NCBI GenBank assembly: GCA_041752695.1
Contig: JBGSVZ010000027.1
Coordinates: 64,001-128,000, forward strand
Direction of reading: 5' to 3'
DNA: 64,000 nt
From: Terrimicrobiaceae bacterium
GTDB taxonomy: Bacteria; Verrucomicrobiota; Verrucomicrobiia; Chthoniobacterales; Terrimicrobiaceae
Below are positions 61,301 through 64,000 of this stretch, piece after piece (the stretch's first letter is position 1; every line of letters begins with the position of its first letter). Made by a program: the position numbers and the translations under genes. The notes under the pieces were generated by a model, which had not been told where the DNA came from, did not search any database, and saw only the letters and a list, made by a program, of their open reading frames with translations.

Positions 61301-63999
61301 TTTGCGGTTAATGTCTGCAATTCAGCGGCGCTAGCGTGCTCTGATGGGATGATGTTCGCTTCAGCTAGCCATTCGAGCAAAGCTTTCCTCTCTGGATCAT
61401 TGCGGTGGCGATACTCTGTGAGACATTCTTGAAGTAGAGCAATGGCTGCTTCGACCTCAAGAAAATCGTCGCTGGCGAGCGCGCGTTCAAATTCGGCTCT
61501 ATACTCAGCGATGTTCGCATCATAGTCGGAAGCTTTGTCTGCCTCTGTCAGCATCTCTGCGTGTCCAGTGCGCACAGCTTCCCTGCGTCGTGTTAGTGCT
61601 GTTTCTACCAATGATTCGAGAGCCTCGTCGCCAATTGCAGCCCGGCGCGCTGCTGCATATTTTCCAGTCTGCAGGTAGATGTCCAATGCGTGGCGCAAAG
61701 TTCTCTTTTCAGTAAGCAAACCTTCACGAAGTCGGTCGGCTAGTAGATTAACTAATGGTACCGCTCCCTCTACTGCTTTCGGCCAGGACAAAATCTGTGT
61801 TGGATCGAGAAATGATTCCGTTAACTCGGCGGAAACAGCAATTGCACCATCAGGTCCCACACGGTCACCAAAATCCGAAGGTAATGTCTCAATTGTTTTA
61901 GCGCTCTCGATTATGGTTAGTATTGCGGCTGCATTCGCGTGGCTCGGCGATTCCCGGCGGAGATTGTTTACGCTACGGGTTAACTCTGGAATTGCGGCAG
62001 AACCACTTTTCTCATAAGTTCGGGCCCATTGAGTGAGATCGTGCTCAAAATCTGCCAAGTATGCACGTGTCCTGTCGTAGTGCCGCGGTTCAGGCTTATC
62101 TTTCCGACTGAGTTGCGCGATGCAGACTTCAACCATCGAGTCAATATCCCCGAAAGCTTTCCATGCTTGCAATGCAATGGGGGCATTTCCGTTTTCGATG
62201 TTAACGCGGAGTGGTTCGAGGTAGAGCGCCTGAGCGTAGATTCGCAACAGATGAAAATTCTTTTTCATGCCTGGAGATTCATCAAGCCATGCAAGAACAC
62301 GCCGTTGGTGGCTCTCAACAGCAATTTCTGCCGCGCGCGCCTCGGTCTCAGCGGTTTCCGCGCGCAGGAGTTCAACAGTCAGACTAGGCAACCGTCCGCG
62401 GCGCCAAGCCTCAACAAGAACTTGAAAGAAATCTGCGGCCACCGGGTCAAGGTTGGCTGTTGTTAAGAGAGGGTCGAGATACTCGAGGAATTCTGCTCGG
62501 TCACGCTGCCAAGCCGTCACGAAAATCAAAACTGCAATTGCTGACGCTATCTTTGACTCTTGTTTTGCGAGTGCCTGCATCTGGCCGAAAGTCAGCCAGC
62601 TCAATGCAGTCGCAGCTCGAGTCAAATCGATAACTGGTTCGCACTCAAATAGCAGCGGAGCTATGCTTGCTGCCGCGTGAAAAAAATCTTTACGGAGTGC
62701 GTGTGCGAGTAGTAATCCACCCAAATCTGCGCTTTGGAGACTTGTGCGACGACTTTTGGTGGTCTCTGTATCAAGAGTCGGGTCAAAAATGAATCTTCCG
62801 AGATCGCGTACAGTATCTTCGTCCATTGAGTCAACAATCTGCGATGCACTCACCGGATCGCCGGTTGCTAGCTGGTCAAGGAAGTTACTCGCTCGATTAA
62901 TTGCTTTACCGATTTCCTCGATTTCGGCAGCTAGCGCAGATGTCCGTTCCTCCAAACTTACTGCAATAGTATCGAGGGGCGTAGCGCCTCCAGTCAGCCA
63001 CCGTTCAATGGGGTATCCTAGCCGTTCACGCATCGCTTCAAACTGACCGTAGGCACGTTGAACACGCAGTAGAGTCTCGTGTAATGTCGTCAGGCGAGCT
63101 TGTTCAGTGACTACGGTTGCCTCATCTTGAATCTCTCCTAAGTATTCGAATTCGAGCGGCTTATTAAGGATTGGGAGTTGTGCGACATCCGTGGCGGCCG
63201 CCCGTACAGCTAGAGCGGTTTCATCAAGCCGTGCGATGTGGGTCGTCTCGTCGTCGATCAACTGACGCAAGAGCTGGAGCCAGTCTCGCCAGCGCTGGAT
63301 CGGCCCGTTGTGTAAGATTTCTGCTTGTTGCGCCAAACAAATAAAGTCGTCGCCAGTTGTGGCGGGAGGCCGAGAGGTATTGAGAAATACCGCGGTTTCA
63401 GCGGTGTTTTCGCACACAGCTTCAGAATCAATGTTTTGGAATTCCATCTCACCTTGGTCTTCAGTTTGATTCGAACTGTTTGTTGGAATATTAGTATCGA
63501 CACGGTCGGAAATCAATTCACCCGACATTCCATTTTCACCGTCCACCAACCACTCCATTGCAAGTGGTTCTTGTTCGGTAACTATATCGACAAGACGGGG
63601 AATCAGCGAATTGTCAGACATCGCAAAGCCACAAGCAAGGAGAGCTAGCACTGGAACGTCGGCCGCGTCGAGAGGGTATGCTTGGAGCCAAGATTCAAAC
63701 CGTTCGAAATCGAGTTGCCAAAAGTCGCCTTTCTTTTCTCCGAAGGCGAGCTCCTCAGGGAATAGGAAAGCATACTCAGTGGCAATATGATCAAGAAGAA
63801 CGGTGCCGAGCGAAGGGCTTCCGCGCAGAGCTCTATTGAGTTCCGATCGTCCTTTCGGTGAGCTTAGCACTTGCACACATATTTCGCCGAACTGCTGATT
63901 GTCGTCGGTGCGAATTATTCTAGTTCCGAATGCCTTCTTAAAAGCACGTTTGATAGTTTTTCGAGCCTCCGATCCGGGGCAGGCTTTGCACCAGACATC
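58339..63999 (-). CDS. Giant helical protein with a C-terminal STAND/AAA ATPase and winged helix (5' truncated by the window)
   Basis: FFGRSREI, GERRIGKTS (Walker A), LVIFVDEFD (Walker B), VLAGS, CGGHP and a terminal wHTH. I checked that the frame has no stop from 63876 to the window end. Confidence 0.85.
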   Translation of the reverse strand, partial: DVWCKACPGSEARKTIKRAFKKAFGTRIIRTDDNQQFGEICVQVLSSPKGRSELNRALRGSPSLGTVLLDHIATEYAFLFPEELAFGEKKGDFWQLDFERFESWLQAYPLDAADVPVLALLACGFAMSDNSLIPRLVDIVTEQEPLAMEWLVDGENGMSGELISDRVDTNIPTNSSNQTEDQGEMEFQNIDSEAVCENTAETAVFLNTSRPPATTGDDFICLAQQAEILHNGPIQRWRDWLQLLRQLIDDETTHIARLDETALAVRAAATDVAQLPILNKPLEFEYLGEIQDEATVVTEQARLTTLHETLLRVQRAYGQFEAMRERLGYPIERWLTGGATPLDTIAVSLEERTSALAAEIEEIGKAINRASNFLDQLATGDPVSASQIVDSMDEDTVRDLGRFIFDPTLDTETTKSRRTSLQSADLGGLLLAHALRKDFFHAAASIAPLLFECEPVIDLTRAATALSWLTFGQMQALAKQESKIASAIAVLIFVTAWQRDRAEFLEYLDPLLTTANLDPVAADFFQVLVEAWRRGRLPSLTVELLRAETAETEARAAEIAVESHQRRVLAWLDESPGMKKNFHLLRIYAQALYLEPLRVNIENGNAPIALQAWKAFGDIDSMVEVCIAQLSRKDKPEPRHYDRTRAYLADFEHDLTQWARTYEKSGSAAIPELTRSVNNLRRESPSHANAAAILTIIESAKTIETLPSDFGDRVGPDGAIAVSAELTESFLDPTQILSWPKAVEGAVPLVNLLADRLREGLLTEKRTLRHALDIYLQTGKYAAARRAAIGDEALESLVETALTRRREAVRTGHAEMLTEADKASDYDANIAEYRAEFERALASDDFLEVEAAIALLQECLTEYRHRNDPERKALLEWLAEANIIPSEHASAAELQTLTAKLRSTESARRQHLTVLKEQTEDERAAEPVRDIWTQVSQRLDRPAWWPDAETSEIIAGDLATTARLLRGKWNGRLSESDPSAIIARRVAAWVPEQLSAGLCPTGDQTALNRISELATKLHEGWGDAALLRFLGESTPHLDFAPQVTQLLPSPTVSPRIDAPERQAPSTENLGPKWDELLKSICSEPPSGAANFADLHSATRTFRWPLARKLAVAVLRATPPPGEDVRTDMLAIYGASLFEMQAPKSTVPDWLLETCIAIACSRRATSHWLGQKYTQEFIPRAMLRGLHRLAALHKCDTLSEHFGRTLAAAVELPATDGDYHWLSSLLRRCDVSAPRLASIAWDCFTGLRGNENYRAALLRLLFRNRQIKTLETLVVAAPERVQSLVRATLEAFVAAEMNPEAQPAALQLEAALRAQAVGVANTQPWLLLFGHLAQSLDSAEPASLEILLDSELVIETSNAQRFLEVRIQPDRSEPPRHLHLQLGTQPPVALFDEMLFSEQTFRVQLPPDMSFSADGDGRLAWSIETITSRDRKVTRNGVWTLLLTQPAQQLDPGLREIYWPGATCDPVKTNEGFFGRSREIREIEGHLHASPRARSVMIFGERRIGKTSLLQTLLTSFPPERGRLCGVFCDVSSLHLAPGESLPEMFFAHLLTALGNRGDNDNRLFVDAIGRYSQHPLDFRRLGRELDARTSLHAALTRLVEKLEEFTDGAVSRLVIFVDEFDRFVRLVLGNRREEVDSFMWELRQVIQRSNRIVLVLAGSGLQRILKENYQDALYGSIVEVELLRFNWAEDREAILDTFLPRDIRHQICRPEDFDRVGEYAAKVCGGHPMFLALLGSASSEFADGRYLTPSLLDRVVERMVHVESSDGQRFGRKTFYECVFQPLEVLPQQEYQLARGLFATLAQHTSGDGQFRIAQLLEISGLLRYADTRQLLQVLDRLEKAKAIVNDKTSARVRIAVPLTAAAVREDALIVRDAVDQALETLKEKR

Positions 64000-64000
64000 G

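Larger units (their letters stand above)
56200..64000. mobile_element. Putative horizontally acquired island (left edge only)
   Basis: Visibly lower GC and many A/T-ending codons compared with the rest of the window; no integrase or att site seen. Confidence 0.55.

Overview
GC-rich bacterial chromosomal window. Gene content and intergenic repeat style suggest Verrucomicrobiota, which is an inference. About 56 kb is mostly housekeeping and accessory genes: ilvB, priA, an AsmA-like gene, rpsR/rpmG/DksA-family, pdhABC, msrA, cdd, a polar amino-acid ABC transporter, a Ser/Thr kinase, Fic, an OprB porin, a SahR-like regulator, a subtilase, truA, mnmG, fcl, deoB, pdp and a SWIM-SNF2 helicase. A perfect parS palindrome (20407-20422) beside degenerate DnaA boxes, an IHF-like site and AT-rich DNA suggests oriC lies near 20.2-20.4 kb. 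The last ~7.6 kb is a compositionally foreign island. It carries a translationally coupled pair: a giant (>1880 aa, open at the window edge) helical protein ending in an intact STAND-like ATPase plus winged helix, and a 631-aa protein with a degenerate STAND-like fold and a C-terminal HEPN-type RNxxxH motif. This pair is the best candidate for an undescribed paired-NLR-like anti-phage system. Other oddities are a beta-lactamase-fold enzyme with inserted Gly-rich beta repeats, a kinase-pseudokinase-SEL1 protein, an amidohydrolase-Rieske pair, a His-less HisKA_3 mini-protein, a free subtilase propeptide and several dispersed palindromes. No rRNA, tRNA, CRISPR array or transposase was recognised. 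All calls come from reading motifs by eye; no database search was run.
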